Assembly: GCA_016196545.1 (NCBI GenBank)
Contig: JACPXM010000036.1
Span: 483 to 64,482 of the forward strand
DNA: 64,000 bases
DNA from: Candidatus Omnitrophota bacterium
GTDB lineage: Bacteria; Omnitrophota; Omnitrophia; Omnitrophales; Aquincolibacteriaceae
Direction: 5' to 3'
Shown here: positions 8,855 to 18,457 of the stretch, in pieces
How the letters are laid out: each line of letters begins with the position of its first letter
How positions within the stretch are numbered: the stretch's first letter is position 1
Position numbers and translations under genes: made by a program
The notes under the pieces: generated by a model
The model's input: the letters and a program-made list of their open reading frames with translations, nothing else
What the model was told of the DNA's origin: nothing
The model's database searches: none

Positions 8855-10783
8855 ATGGCAAAAGTATTAGGAATTGATTTAGGCACTACGAATTCATGTA
8901 TGGCCATTATGGAGGGTGGGGAACCCAAAGTTATCCCCAACAAAGAAGGAAACCGAACCACTCCCTCCGTAGTAGGGTTCACGAAAACCGCAGAGCGCAT
9001 TGTGGGCCAGGCTGCCAAGCGCCAGGCCATTACCAATCCTGAAAATACCGTTTTCAGTGCCAAACGATTCATCGGACGCCGCTTTGAAGAGGTGCAGCAG
9101 GAAAGCAAGCTTGTTCCCTTCAAAACAAAGTCCGGAAAGCATGGAGAGGCCGCAATTCATATCCCCGCGGAAAGCCGGGATTATACGCCGCCTGAAATTT
9201 CGGCGATGGTGCTTCAAAAACTGAGAGCCGATGCCGAGGCCTATTTGGGTGAACCCATCAAACAAGCCGTCATTACGGTGCCCGCCTACTTTAACGATTC
9301 CCAGCGTCAGGCCACCAAAGACGCGGGACAAATCGCGGGCTTGGAAGTGCTACGCATTATTAACGAACCCACGGCGGCCTCACTGGCTTATGGCCTCGAC
9401 AAGAAAAAAGACGAGACCATTGCGGTTTATGACCTTGGGGGCGGGACCTTCGACGTCTCCATTCTCGAAATTGGTGAAGGCGTCTTTGAAGTGAAGGCCA
9501 CCAACGGGGACACGCATCTTGGCGGCGATGACTTCGATCATAAAATCATTGAATGGCTGATTGCGGAATTCAAAAAAACCGAGGGCGTGGACTTAGGTAA
9601 AGACCGCATGGCCCTCCAGCGCTTGAAGGAAGGCGCGGAAAAAGCCAAATGCGAGCTATCAACTTCACAAACCACGGAAATTAATCTTCCGTTTATCACG
9701 GCGGATGCCTCGGGCCCCAAACATCTCTTGATTACACTGACGCGCGCCAAACTGGAACAGCTCGTGAGCGATTTAGTCCAGCGCACGGTTCAGCCTTGTG
9801 TGAACGCCTTGCGGGATGCCGGCCTCAAAGCCGAAGACATTGATGAAGTGATTCTTGTCGGCGGCCAAACCCGCATGCCGGCCGTGGTTGAAAGGGTAAA
9901 AAAACTTTTTGGCAAAGACCCGCATCAGGGGGTCAACCCCGATGAAGTTGTCGCGGTTGGCGCGGCGATTCAAGGCGGAGTTTTAAAAGGGGAGGTTAAG
10001 GACATTTTGCTCCTGGATGTTACGCCCCTCTCGCTCGGCATTGAAACGCTGGGCGGTGTTATGACCAAGCTCATTGAGCGTAATACCACGATTCCGACCA
10101 AAAAATCTGAAATTTTTTCGACGGCCGCGGACAATCAAACGGCCGTGACCGTCAAGGTACTGCAGGGTGAGCGCGAGATGGCCGTGGACAATCGCGTGCT
10201 GGGGCTCTTCAATCTGGAAGGCATTCCGCCGGCGCCGCGGGGAATGCCACAAATCGAAGTTAGTTTCGATATCGACGCCAATGGCATTGTCCATGTTTCC
10301 GCCAAAGACTTGGGTACGGGCAAGGAACAAAAAATCCGCATCGAATCTTCTTCGGGTCTTTCCAAGGAAGAAGTCGACAAGCTGGTTACGGAGGCCCAAT
10401 CTCACGCCGAGGACGATAAGAAAAAACATGAGGTTATTACCGCCCGTAATCAGCTCGATAATCTTATTTATGCTACCGAAAAAAGCCTGAGCGAACACGG
10501 AGATAAAATATCGAGTGAAGAAAAAGGCCGCGTGGAACAGGCCCTCAAGGAAGCCAAGGAAGCACTGAAGTCCGAGAACGCCTTAGAGCTCCAGCAGGCC
10601 ACACAAAAACTGACAACGGCGTCGCATACCATTGCTCAAAAAGTTTATGAAGAAGCGGCCAAAAAGGCCCAGCCCAAGGCGGGCGGCGCCAAAGAAGATC
10701 CGAAGGCCGGCGCCAAAGATGAGTCGGTGGTGGACGCCGACTATGAAGTCGTGGACGAAGACGAAAAAGGCAAGGCGAAATAA
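8855..10783 (+). CDS. dnaK: Molecular chaperone DnaK (Hsp70)
   Basis: 642 aa. Motifs [17 protein letters not shown] and [20 protein letters not shown]. No adjacent grpE or dnaJ. Confidence 0.97.
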   Translation: MAKVLGIDLGTTNSCMAIMEGGEPKVIPNKEGNRTTPSVVGFTKTAERIVGQAAKRQAITNPENTVFSAKRFIGRRFEEVQQESKLVPFKTKSGKHGEAAIHIPAESRDYTPPEISAMVLQKLRADAEAYLGEPIKQAVITVPAYFNDSQRQATKDAGQIAGLEVLRIINEPTAASLAYGLDKKKDETIAVYDLGGGTFDVSILEIGEGVFEVKATNGDTHLGGDDFDHKIIEWLIAEFKKTEGVDLGKDRMALQRLKEGAEKAKCELSTSQTTEINLPFITADASGPKHLLITLTRAKLEQLVSDLVQRTVQPCVNALRDAGLKAEDIDEVILVGGQTRMPAVVERVKKLFGKDPHQGVNPDEVVAVGAAIQGGVLKGEVKDILLLDVTPLSLGIETLGGVMTKLIERNTTIPTKKSEIFSTAADNQTAVTVKVLQGEREMAVDNRVLGLFNLEGIPPAPRGMPQIEVSFDIDANGIVHVSAKDLGTGKEQKIRIESSSGLSKEEVDKLVTEAQSHAEDDKKKHEVITARNQLDNLIYATEKSLSEHGDKISSEEKGRVEQALKEAKEALKSENALELQQATQKLTTASHTIAQKVYEEAAKKAQPKAGGAKEDPKAGAKDESVVDADYEVVDEDEKGKAK

Positions 10784-10791
10784 CAAGGGAT

Positions 10792-10819
10792 CCTCCCACA
10801 CACCCGGTGTGTGGGAGGG
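10792..10819 (+). terminator. dnaK 3' hairpin
   Basis: CCTCCCACACAC-CCGG-GTGTGTGGGAGG, a 12-bp perfect stem, 9 nt after the stop. It lacks a clear U-run. Confidence 0.5.
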
Positions 10820-10926
10820 AGTTAGCTCGATAAAGACCCTTTTGGTTTTGTTGTACTTTCATTTAAAGTTTGATATCGTATGGCTTCCCAATTTCCTAAT
10901 CTCTCATAACTAAAGGAGTCTGCTTT

Positions 10927-11916
10927 ATGGATCAATCCATTCAAGTCATTAATCAAAAAGTAAAAGATGCCAGCTCTGTCACAGCCGATCTTATGAGAGA
11001 AATCGGCAAGGTGATCGTTGGTCAGCAATATCTCGTGGAGCGTCTCCTTATTGCGCTTTTGGCCGACGGCCATATCTTAATTGAGGGCGTGCCGGGATTG
11101 GCGAAAACCCTTTCGGTTCGCACGCTTTCCCGGGCGGTACACACAAAATTTCAGAGAATTCAATTTACCCCGGATCTTTTGCCCGCGGATTTGATCGGTA
11201 CCCTGGTTTATAGCCCCAAAGATGGAAATTTCTCCACCAAAAAAGGTCCGATCTTTGCCAATATCATTCTCGCCGATGAAATTAACCGCGCGCCCTCCAA
11301 GGTGCAAAGCGCGCTTTTAGAGGCCATGCAGGAGCGCCAGGTAACCCTTGGAGAAAATACCTTTCCGCTCCCGGTTCCATTTCTTGTGTTGGCCACACAA
11401 AACCCCATTGAACAGGAGGGGACCTACCCTTTGCCGGAAGCGCAGGTGGACCGGTTTATGCTGAAGCTCATTGTCACTTATCCGAATAAAAAAGAGGAAA
11501 AGGAAATCCTGGAGCGCATGTCCATCAACCGGGAAATTGAGATCAAACCCGTGCTGGATCCCGAGAAAATCCTGAAACTGCGCGAAATCGTGAATCAAAT
11601 TTATGTGGACGAAAAGGTCAAGGATTATATCCTTGATCTTGTCTTCGCCACGCGCGATCCGGCCTCTTACCGGCTCGAAACTTTAAAACCCCTCATTGCT
11701 TACGGCGCCTCGCCTCGTGCCAGCATTATGCTGACTGTGGCCAGCAAGGCGCACGCCTTCTTAAGGGGCCGCGGTTATGTCACTCCGGACGATGTGAAGC
11801 AGATCGGCTTGGATGTGCTCCGCCACCGCTTGCTTGTGACCTATGAAGCGGAAGCGGAAGAAATGACCTCTGAGCACGTGGTCAAAAAGATCTTCGATCA
11901 AATCGAAGTGCCATGA
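10927..11916 (+). CDS. moxR: MoxR-family AAA+ ATPase
   Basis: 329 aa. Walker A GVPGLAKT and Walker B ILADEINRAP. Followed by DUF58 and vWA genes. Confidence 0.92.
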   Translation: MDQSIQVINQKVKDASSVTADLMREIGKVIVGQQYLVERLLIALLADGHILIEGVPGLAKTLSVRTLSRAVHTKFQRIQFTPDLLPADLIGTLVYSPKDGNFSTKKGPIFANIILADEINRAPSKVQSALLEAMQERQVTLGENTFPLPVPFLVLATQNPIEQEGTYPLPEAQVDRFMLKLIVTYPNKKEEKEILERMSINREIEIKPVLDPEKILKLREIVNQIYVDEKVKDYILDLVFATRDPASYRLETLKPLIAYGASPRASIMLTVASKAHAFLRGRGYVTPDDVKQIGLDVLRHRLLVTYEAEAEEMTSEHVVKKIFDQIEVP

Positions 11917-11992
11917 GTACGTAACTTACAGAACAAATGAATGTAAGTTACGCTGCGAATGGCATCCTGAGCGAAGTCGAAGGATCCCTACC

Positions 11993-12868
11993 ATGATCCC
12001 GAAGGAAATCCTCAAAAAGGTACGCCGTATCGAAATCCGCACGACACGCCTCGTCAATGACCTCTTTGGCGGAGAATACGAGTCCGTTTTCAAAGGCCAG
12101 GGCATTGAATTCGCAGATGTGCGCGAATACGTGGCCGGCGATGATATCCGCACCATTGACTGGAATGTCACTGCCCGCTCGCAGCACCCCTTCGTCAAAA
12201 AATTTGTGGAAGAACGCGAGCTCAATGTCATTTTTGCCGTGGATATGTCAGGCTCGCAATTTTTCGGCTCCGGCGAACGCCTGAAATCCGAGGTCGCGGC
12301 CGAAATTACGGCCTTGTTGGCCTTTTCCGCGGTCAAAAATAATGACAAAACCGGCCTTCTCATTTCCACCGATGAGGTTGAAAAATACGTCCCGGTCAAA
12401 AAGGGGAGGATGCACGTGTTGCGTGTCGTCCGCGAGATCCTTTACTATAAACCCCGGCGAAAAAAAACCAGACTTGCCTCGGCCCTCGAATACCTTCACC
12501 GCTTTCTGACGCGGACTTCTGTGATTTTTTTGATCTCTGATTTCCTGGATGACGGTTTTGAAAAATCACTAAAGGTCTTGAGCCGCCGCCACGACGTGAT
12601 TGCGATTCATTTAAAAGACCGGCGGGAGAATCAATTTCCCAATGTGGGTCTTGCGGAATTTGAGGACCCGGAGACCGGGGAAGTCCGTTTTATCGATACC
12701 TCCTCGGCTAAAGTCCGCGAATTTTTTTCCGCCCAGTCTGCCCAACGGGAAATAAAATCAGACCGGCTCTTTAAATCCCTCGGCGTGGATCGGGTGGTGA
12801 TTTCCGCGGAGGGCTCTTATGTGGAGCCCCTTATGAAATTTTTCAAAATCCGGGAAAAACGGCTATGA
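11993..12868 (+). CDS. DUF58 protein (MoxR-associated, vWA-like)
   Basis: 291 aa. Signature REYVAGDDIRTIDWNVTARS. Confidence 0.85.
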   Translation: MIPKEILKKVRRIEIRTTRLVNDLFGGEYESVFKGQGIEFADVREYVAGDDIRTIDWNVTARSQHPFVKKFVEERELNVIFAVDMSGSQFFGSGERLKSEVAAEITALLAFSAVKNNDKTGLLISTDEVEKYVPVKKGRMHVLRVVREILYYKPRRKKTRLASALEYLHRFLTRTSVIFLISDFLDDGFEKSLKVLSRRHDVIAIHLKDRRENQFPNVGLAEFEDPETGEVRFIDTSSAKVREFFSAQSAQREIKSDRLFKSLGVDRVVISAEGSYVEPLMKFFKIREKRL

Positions 12869-13821
12869 AAAGCATGGCAAAATACAAAAAGGTACCTGGT
12901 TCCTTTGGGTTTTTTTTGTTTTTGATCCTTTCTCTGTCTGCCTTCGCTCAGGAAGGGGAGAAGATCCAGGTGAAAGCCGAAATTGACCACGCATTTATCA
13001 CGATCGGGGATCCCGTGGTTTACACGCTGACGGCCACGCACGATGCGGAACTTGAAATCCTTTCCGGTTTTGTGGCTCCCGCCGCAGACGTCTTAAAAAT
13101 CAAAAAGGTCGAGGATGTTCATAAGAAACTCTCTTCGGGGAAAAAGATTACGGGCCGGCGCTTTATCTTGACGAGTTACCAACTGGGAGAATTTATTCTC
13201 GAACCCGTTAAAATTGAATATCGTAATAAGGATGGAGCCTTGGGAAGCGCCGAAACAAACCGGCTCTATCTGACGGTTCATAGTGTCGCCGAAGGCGAGG
13301 AAAAATACGACATTCGCGGCATCAAATCGGTTTTAGACTTGAAAAACGAGTGGGTCTGGCTTTTCTGGATCTTGATGCTTGGGATTCTCGCGGGGGGGGG
13401 ATTTTTTATCTATGAGAAATATTTTAAACCTAAGGCCTTGGCCGCCCCCTCCGAGGCTCCTCCCATGAGCCTGGAAGAACAAACGATTCACGCCCTTCAC
13501 GCCCTTTTTGATTCGGATCTTCTAAAAAGGGGGAAATATAAAGAATATTATTTGAGGCTTTCTGAAATCTTGAGAACCTATTTTGAAAAGCGGTATCAAA
13601 TCCTTGCCATTGAATCCACCACGTATGAAATCATGCGTTCCTTAATCGAGAAGGATTTAGACAAAAATTTAAGCGAAAGGATTTCTGTGGTTTTGGAAGC
13701 CGCCGATTTGGCCAAGTTTGCCAAATGGAAACCCGAACCCACGCGTGTCCTCGAAATCAATAAAATGGCCGTCAAATTAGTGGAAGACTGCCGAGCCAAG
13801 GAGCTGGCCGGTGGAATTTAG
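12865..13821 (+). CDS. Membrane protein of the Bat-like operon (signal peptide, beta-rich ectodomain, one TM, helical C-terminus; BatD/DUF4381-like)
   Basis: 318 aa. N-terminal signal FLFLILSLSAFAQ and a mid-protein TM segment WVWLFWILMLGILAGGGFFIY. Its position between DUF58 and batA matches Bat operons. Confidence 0.5.
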   Translation: MKSMAKYKKVPGSFGFFLFLILSLSAFAQEGEKIQVKAEIDHAFITIGDPVVYTLTATHDAELEILSGFVAPAADVLKIKKVEDVHKKLSSGKKITGRRFILTSYQLGEFILEPVKIEYRNKDGALGSAETNRLYLTVHSVAEGEEKYDIRGIKSVLDLKNEWVWLFWILMLGILAGGGFFIYEKYFKPKALAAPSEAPPMSLEEQTIHALHALFDSDLLKRGKYKEYYLRLSEILRTYFEKRYQILAIESTTYEIMRSLIEKDLDKNLSERISVVLEAADLAKFAKWKPEPTRVLEINKMAVKLVEDCRAKELAGGI

Positions 13822-14791
13822 ACATCCCTGGGTACTGCTTTTGCTTTTGTTTCTTCCGCTGGTGGGGTGGCTGATGAAGCGCCGTCAAACATCGCCGCTT
13901 TCTTTTTCGCTCACCTCGGCCTTTCCCAACGCTGTACCCTCGTTTCGGATTTTGCTTTATGAAGGGCTTCTCTTTTGGCGGCTCGGGGTCTTGGCGCTTT
14001 TTATCGTGGCCTTGGCGCGACCTCAAAGCGTTGCGGCTGAGCGCGAGTTTCAAACCAAGGGCGTTGACATTATCATCTCCATGGATATCTCAGGCTCCAT
14101 GCTGGCGGAGGATTTTAAACCGGAAAACCGAATGCTCGTAGCCAAGCAGGAGGCTATTCGCTTTATTCAGTCGCGGCAAAATGACCGTATCGGACTGGTT
14201 GTCTTTGCGAAAAAGGCCTTCACACAATGCCCGCTTACCCTGGATTATGATGTCCTGACACGGCTGACCCAGGATGTGCAAATCGGAATGATTGCCGACG
14301 GTACGGCCATCGGCATGGGCCTGGCGACGGCCGTCAACCGCCTTCGTGACAGCGATGCCAAAAGCAAGGTCATCATTCTCATTACCGACGGCTCAAACAA
14401 TTCCGGCAATATTGATCCCATTACCGCCGCGGAGCTTGCGAAGACCTTTAACATGAAAGTTTATGCCATTTGTATCGGCAGGGGAGGCCTCGTCCCTTTT
14501 CCCGTGAATGACCCTCTCTTCGGCAAGCGCTATGTGCAGGCCGATGTTGAAATCGACGAGCTGACCTTAAAACGCATTGCCGATATTACCGGCGGTCTTT
14601 TTTTTCGCGCCCGCGATCCCCAGTCGCTGACTCAAATTTATGACCGCATCAATGAACTTGAAAAAACCGAAGTTAAGGTTAAGGAATACCGGACTTATGA
14701 GGAACTCTTTGCGCTGTTCCTTTTGCCCGCGCTTTTGGCTCTGCTTTTTGAAGTGCTCCTTTCCAAGACATATCTTCTCAAGGTGCCTTGA
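13811..14791 (+). CDS. batA: vWA-domain membrane protein BatA
   Basis: 326 aa. N-terminal TMs and a MIDAS motif DISGSM...TDGSNN. Confidence 0.85.
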   Translation: MEFRHPWVLLLLLFLPLVGWLMKRRQTSPLSFSLTSAFPNAVPSFRILLYEGLLFWRLGVLALFIVALARPQSVAAEREFQTKGVDIIISMDISGSMLAEDFKPENRMLVAKQEAIRFIQSRQNDRIGLVVFAKKAFTQCPLTLDYDVLTRLTQDVQIGMIADGTAIGMGLATAVNRLRDSDAKSKVIILITDGSNNSGNIDPITAAELAKTFNMKVYAICIGRGGLVPFPVNDPLFGKRYVQADVEIDELTLKRIADITGGLFFRARDPQSLTQIYDRINELEKTEVKVKEYRTYEELFALFLLPALLALLFEVLLSKTYLLKVP

Positions 14792-16740
14792 TGCAATTTT
14801 ATGCCTCCGAATCCCTGCTTTATTTATTCCTTTTACCGGTGATTTTATTTTTATTCTGGGTTGCCGGCCGAGGGCGCAGGCGAAGGCTTGAAAGGATCGG
14901 CTATGGGCCGACGCTGTCCTCAAAATTAATGCCGGCGGTGAATCCCTCCCAGTTTAAAATCAAGGCCTTTTATCTGGCAGCGGCGGTTTTCTTTTGCGTC
15001 CTGGCGTTGGCGCGGCCGCAATGGGGAGAAGAAAAGCGGAAAATCGAACGCAAAGGCATCGATGTCATTTTTCTTCTGGACACTTCCCTCAGCATGCTGG
15101 CGGAGGACATCAAACCGAACCGGCTTGAAAAGTCAAAACTGGAAATCAAAAGCATGCTTCGTGAACTCAAAGGGGACCGCGTCGGCATTATCGCCTTTGC
15201 CGGAAGCGGCTTCCTCCAGGCACCTTTGACGCTCGATTATTCCGCCTTTTTGCTTTTTCTTGACGCCATTAAAACCGGCTATATCCCGGATCCCGGGACA
15301 TCCCTTGCAAGGGCCCTTGAACTTACGCTCAATGCCTTTCCCAAAGAAAATCTCAAACATAAGGCCGTGGTCGTGTTCTCGGACGGCGAAGACCACGAAG
15401 GGGGAGTGGAGCCGGTCTTAGAACAAATCAAAAAAGCGGGTATTCGAGTCTATACCCTAGGCGTTGGAACCGCCAAGGGGGATCCCATCCCGCTCAAAGA
15501 TGAGCGGGGACGCAAAACCGGATTTAAAAAGGATACAGGCGGCCAAATCGTCATTACCCGGTTGAATCAACCCTTGCTTGAAAAGGTCGCGCAGGAAACC
15601 GGAGGCCTTTATCTTCCCAGCACGCCGGGGGAGAAAGAATTGGGTTTGCTCCTTAAGCACATGGAAAGTCTCGGCAAAAAACAGATTCAGGAAAAACTGA
15701 TCACTGAAAAGGAAAATCATTATCAGATTTTTCTGGCCTTTGCCCTGATTTTTTTGATCCTGGAATCCTTTGTTCCCTCCCGGCGCAAAATGCCCGTTCC
15801 TCCCGCCGTCCTCTTGCTCTTTTTGATAACAAACTCAGGCTTCCTAGATTCTCCGAAAAGTCTCACCGACAAAGGCAACAAAGATTATAAAGAAAAAAAA
15901 TATCAATCTGCGCTGAAAGATTACCGCGAGGCCCAGGTCAAAAAACCGGAGGACCCCACGATTCGCTACAATCTCGCCAATGCCCTGTATCAAACCGAAA
16001 GTTATCAGGAAGCAAAAACAGAGCTTGAAAAGTCCATCGCCCAGGCCAAGGACCCGAAGCTCAAGGCCCAGGCGTATTATAATTATGGAAATACGCAATA
16101 CCGCCTCGGAAATTTTGACGAGGCGATTGAGGCCTATGAAAAGGCGCTGGAAATCGACTCCAAGGACGTGGACGCAAAATACAATCTAGAATTCCTGCAA
16201 AAGAAAAAAAGTATGTTTGAGAAGAAAAATGAGGACAAAAAACAGGATCAAAAAGAGAAGCAACAACAGCCACAGCAACAAGATCAACAGCAACAAGATC
16301 AGCAGCAACAACAAGAACAACAACAGCAGCAGCAAAATCAAGAGCAGCAAAAAGACTCCCAGGATCAGGAATCCGAGGGCTCTGAAGAAAAAGAACAAAA
16401 GGGCGAAGAGGAAAAGGAAGACTCTCAGCAAAAAGAAGAAGAACAAAACAAAAAAGATCAGGAAAAACAATCAAACGAGCCCGGCCAGGAGGAGCAGGAT
16501 CGGCCTCAGGAAGAAGAGCCGAAACAGCAAGATCCAAAAGACCGGGGCCAGGATCAACCTCGACCCGATCAGGGTGATCAGGAACAAAAGGCCGGCCGCA
16601 AGCCTCTCCAGGGCCAAATGAGTATGCAGAATGCGCTTCAGCTTTTAGATGCCTTGAAGGAATCCGAAAGGGAGCTTCAGGATTTAAGAAAACCTCCGCC
16701 GCCTCCCCAGGGCACGCCCCAAGTTGCCAGGGATTGGTAG
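14788..16740 (+). CDS. batB: vWA plus TPR protein (BatB/BatC-like fusion) with a roughly 150-aa Q/E/K-rich tail
   Basis: 650 aa. MIDAS motif LDTSLSM...SDGEDH, TPR repeats (AQAYYNYGNTQYRLGNFDEAIEAYEKALEID), then a low-complexity run QQQPQQQDQQQQDQQQQQEQQQQQNQEQQ. Confidence 0.85.
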   Translation: MMQFYASESLLYLFLLPVILFLFWVAGRGRRRRLERIGYGPTLSSKLMPAVNPSQFKIKAFYLAAAVFFCVLALARPQWGEEKRKIERKGIDVIFLLDTSLSMLAEDIKPNRLEKSKLEIKSMLRELKGDRVGIIAFAGSGFLQAPLTLDYSAFLLFLDAIKTGYIPDPGTSLARALELTLNAFPKENLKHKAVVVFSDGEDHEGGVEPVLEQIKKAGIRVYTLGVGTAKGDPIPLKDERGRKTGFKKDTGGQIVITRLNQPLLEKVAQETGGLYLPSTPGEKELGLLLKHMESLGKKQIQEKLITEKENHYQIFLAFALIFLILESFVPSRRKMPVPPAVLLLFLITNSGFLDSPKSLTDKGNKDYKEKKYQSALKDYREAQVKKPEDPTIRYNLANALYQTESYQEAKTELEKSIAQAKDPKLKAQAYYNYGNTQYRLGNFDEAIEAYEKALEIDSKDVDAKYNLEFLQKKKSMFEKKNEDKKQDQKEKQQQPQQQDQQQQDQQQQQEQQQQQQNQEQQKDSQDQESEGSEEKEQKGEEEKEDSQQKEEEQNKKDQEKQSNEPGQEEQDRPQEEEPKQQDPKDRGQDQPRPDQGDQEQKAGRKPLQGQMSMQNALQLLDALKESERELQDLRKPPPPPQGTPQVARDW

Positions 16741-16759
16741 CCTCAGAAAGGAAATCAAA

Positions 16760-17209
16760 ATGCCGCTTTTAGAAAAAATTGAAGGGGATTTGACCCAGGC
16801 TATGAAGGCCAGGGACGCGCTTAAGACGTCGACCCTAAGGCTTCTCAAAGCCTCTTTATCCAACGAGGCCATAAAAAAAAAGAAAGACAAGCTGGAAGAA
16901 CCTGAAGTCGTAGAAATCATTCAAAGGCAGGTGAAACAGCGCCGGGAGAGTATAGAAATCTTTGATAAAGGCGGCCGCAAAGAGCTTGCCGACAAGGAGC
17001 GCAGCGAATTGGCCATTCTTCAGTCCTATTTGCCAACCCAGATGCCGGATGAGGAATTGAGGACGCTGATTCAAAAATGCATTCAATCCCTCGGCATCAA
17101 GACAAAAGCGGAAATGGGGCGCCTCATGAAGGAGCTTATGCCGCAAGTCAAAGGCAAGGCCGACGGCAAAAAGGTGCAGGAAATCGCCTCCTCGCTACTA
17201 AGTGCGTAG
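16760..17209 (+). CDS. yqeY: GatB/YqeY-domain protein
   Basis: Internal ATG (MPLLEKIEGDLTQAMKARD) of track ORF 16724..17209, with RBS GAAAGGAAA. Confidence 0.85.
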   Translation: MPLLEKIEGDLTQAMKARDALKTSTLRLLKASLSNEAIKKKKDKLEEPEVVEIIQRQVKQRRESIEIFDKGGRKELADKERSELAILQSYLPTQMPDEELRTLIQKCIQSLGIKTKAEMGRLMKELMPQVKGKADGKKVQEIASSLLSA

Positions 17210-17270
17210 TCAAGATTGAAATTAGGGGTTTCAATTTCAATCTGCACAGTACCGCAAAACTAACAAAACA

Positions 17271-17311
17271 CTACCGGTTCCAGGTTACCATCGACAACCT
17301 GGAACCGGTAG
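17271..17311. repeat. Palindrome family, copy 3 (variant loop)
   Basis: CTACCGGTTCCAGGTT-ACCATCGAC-AACCTGGAACCGGTAG, a 16-bp stem whose arms are identical to copies 1 and 2. It lies in the convergent gap after yqeY. Confidence 0.85.
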
Positions 17312-17320
17312 ATTAAGGGA

Positions 17321-17348
17321 AGTTTACATAAGATGCATTATAGGACAT
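17321..17348 (-). other. dif: Candidate dif site (XerC/XerD chromosome dimer resolution)
   Basis: The minus strand reads ATGTCCTATAA-TGCATC-TTATGTAAACT. The right arm matches the B. subtilis dif XerD arm at 11/11 positions. The left arm matches ACTTCCTAGAA at 8/11. The site lies in the only convergent intergenic gap of the window. Confidence 0.6.
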
Positions 17349-17368
17349 TTGAGAGTCAGGAAAATCAG

Positions 17369-17875
17369 CTAATTTGCCTGCCTGCGCCAGGCCCTGGGAA
17401 TTAAATCGCGCTTCAAATGACTGACACGGTCAAAGAAAAGGACGCCGCTCATATGGTCCATTTCATGTTGAATGCAGATGGCTTCAAGCCCCTCTGCCTT
17501 ATAGGTTTGTGTACGTCGGCTCATGTCCTGATAACGAATCACAATCTCATCGTATCGAATTAAGCTCCCCGTATAATCCGGCAGGCTCATGCATCCTTCA
17601 CGGCTATTTCTTTCGCGCTTTGCATCAAGAATGGCGGGATTGATCAAAATCAGCCTTTTGGCTCCCGGAACTCGGCTTGAAATATCAACAAGGGCCACCC
17701 TTTTTAAAACCCCAATTTGAGCCGCAGCAATTCCAATTCCATGCCTTTGGGATTCCATAACCTTCGAGAGACCCTTTATCAGGCGATTCAGGGTTTCGTC
17801 AAAATGAGTCACTTCGATACTTTTCTGTCTTAAGACAGGGTCGGGAAAAACACGAATGGAAGGCAAAACCGACAT
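17369..17875 (-). CDS. def: Peptide deformylase
   Basis: Motifs GIGIAAAQIG, EGCMSLP and HEMDH. Start taken at the internal ATG (MSVLPSIRVFPDP), 4 nt after the upstream gene ends. Confidence 0.93.
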   Translation of the reverse strand: MSVLPSIRVFPDPVLRQKSIEVTHFDETLNRLIKGLSKVMESQRHGIGIAAAQIGVLKRVALVDISSRVPGAKRLILINPAILDAKRERNSREGCMSLPDYTGSLIRYDEIVIRYQDMSRRTQTYKAEGLEAICIQHEMDHMSGVLFFDRVSHLKRDLIPRAWRRQAN

Positions 17876-17879
17876 AGGG

Positions 17880-18434
17880 TTAAAACAGTATCGCTTCCAC
17901 CGGTGCCAGGGATAGGTCCATTTTGAGGCCTGTTGCAAGCTTTCTTAACTTTGACTCCAGGCGGGTCAAAGGAATTCTTTTGGGGATGTCAATTTCAAAA
18001 TTGGAGGCATAAACTGCTTTTTTGCCCTCTCCCAGGATGCGGGAGTTTAAATCAGTGATGTTGATACCGTTTTGAGCAAGCAAACGGCTGATAGGATAAA
18101 TGATTCCGGTGCGGTCCGGGCCGATTACATTTAACATACAGGATTGCGAAGTTCGGGAATGCCTTTCTCCGCGCTTGAGCCGGCGGCGAAGGGGTTGCCA
18201 ATCAAGATGAAGGGACCAAGGCTTTACGGCGGTTTGAATCCCCTTTGCTACGGCCTTAAAATCCCTTTGCCCGGGAATTGCCACGATGAGCATCATCGCA
18301 AATTCACCTTCCAGAATTGTCATACTGATATCTTCTAAATTAATGTCAAATCGAAAAAGAACCCCTGTAACCTTGGCAATGATGCCCGGTCGATCCTTGC
18401 CCGTAACCGATAAAAGATAATGTTGAGAGCTCAC
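17880..18434 (-). CDS. Tandem ACT-domain protein (GcvR-like)
   Basis: 184 aa. Two repeats of the type LSVTGKDRPGIIAKVTGVL and LNVIGPDRTGIIYPISRLL. Confidence 0.8.
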   Translation of the reverse strand: MSSQHYLLSVTGKDRPGIIAKVTGVLFRFDINLEDISMTILEGEFAMMLIVAIPGQRDFKAVAKGIQTAVKPWSLHLDWQPLRRRLKRGERHSRTSQSCMLNVIGPDRTGIIYPISRLLAQNGINITDLNSRILGEGKKAVYASNFEIDIPKRIPLTRLESKLRKLATGLKMDLSLAPVEAILF

Positions 18435-18457
18435 GGTCAGGAAAAATGAAGTTTCGG

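Noticed and set aside
11917-11992. Two hairpins in the moxR-DUF58 spacer: CGTAACTTACA-N11-TGTAAGTTACG, and GGCATCC-TGAGCGAAGTCGAA-GGATCCC.
   Set aside because: The structures are real, but each is single copy in the window and has no associated signal. They are likely an intra-operon stabiliser or attenuator, or a generic REP-like fragment. They cannot be interpreted further from sequence.
12888-12915. GGTACCTGGTTCC inside the start of ORF 12865..13821 resembles the palindrome-family arm.
   Set aside because: It is a partial match only. It lies within coding sequence that encodes the signal-peptide region, and there is no complementary arm.
16061-16621. ORFs 16061..16537, 16186..16470 (poly-Leu) and 16217..16621 (poly-Lys/Asn).
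   Set aside because: These are alternative-frame readings of the CAA/CAG/GAA-rich tract that encodes the Q/E-rich tail of the BatB-like protein.
17214-17242. GATTGAAAT-N11-ATTTCAATC, whose GTTTCAAT string resembles a CRISPR repeat end.
   Set aside because: It is a single copy with no spacer-repeat periodicity. It is most simply a small hairpin right after the yqeY stop.
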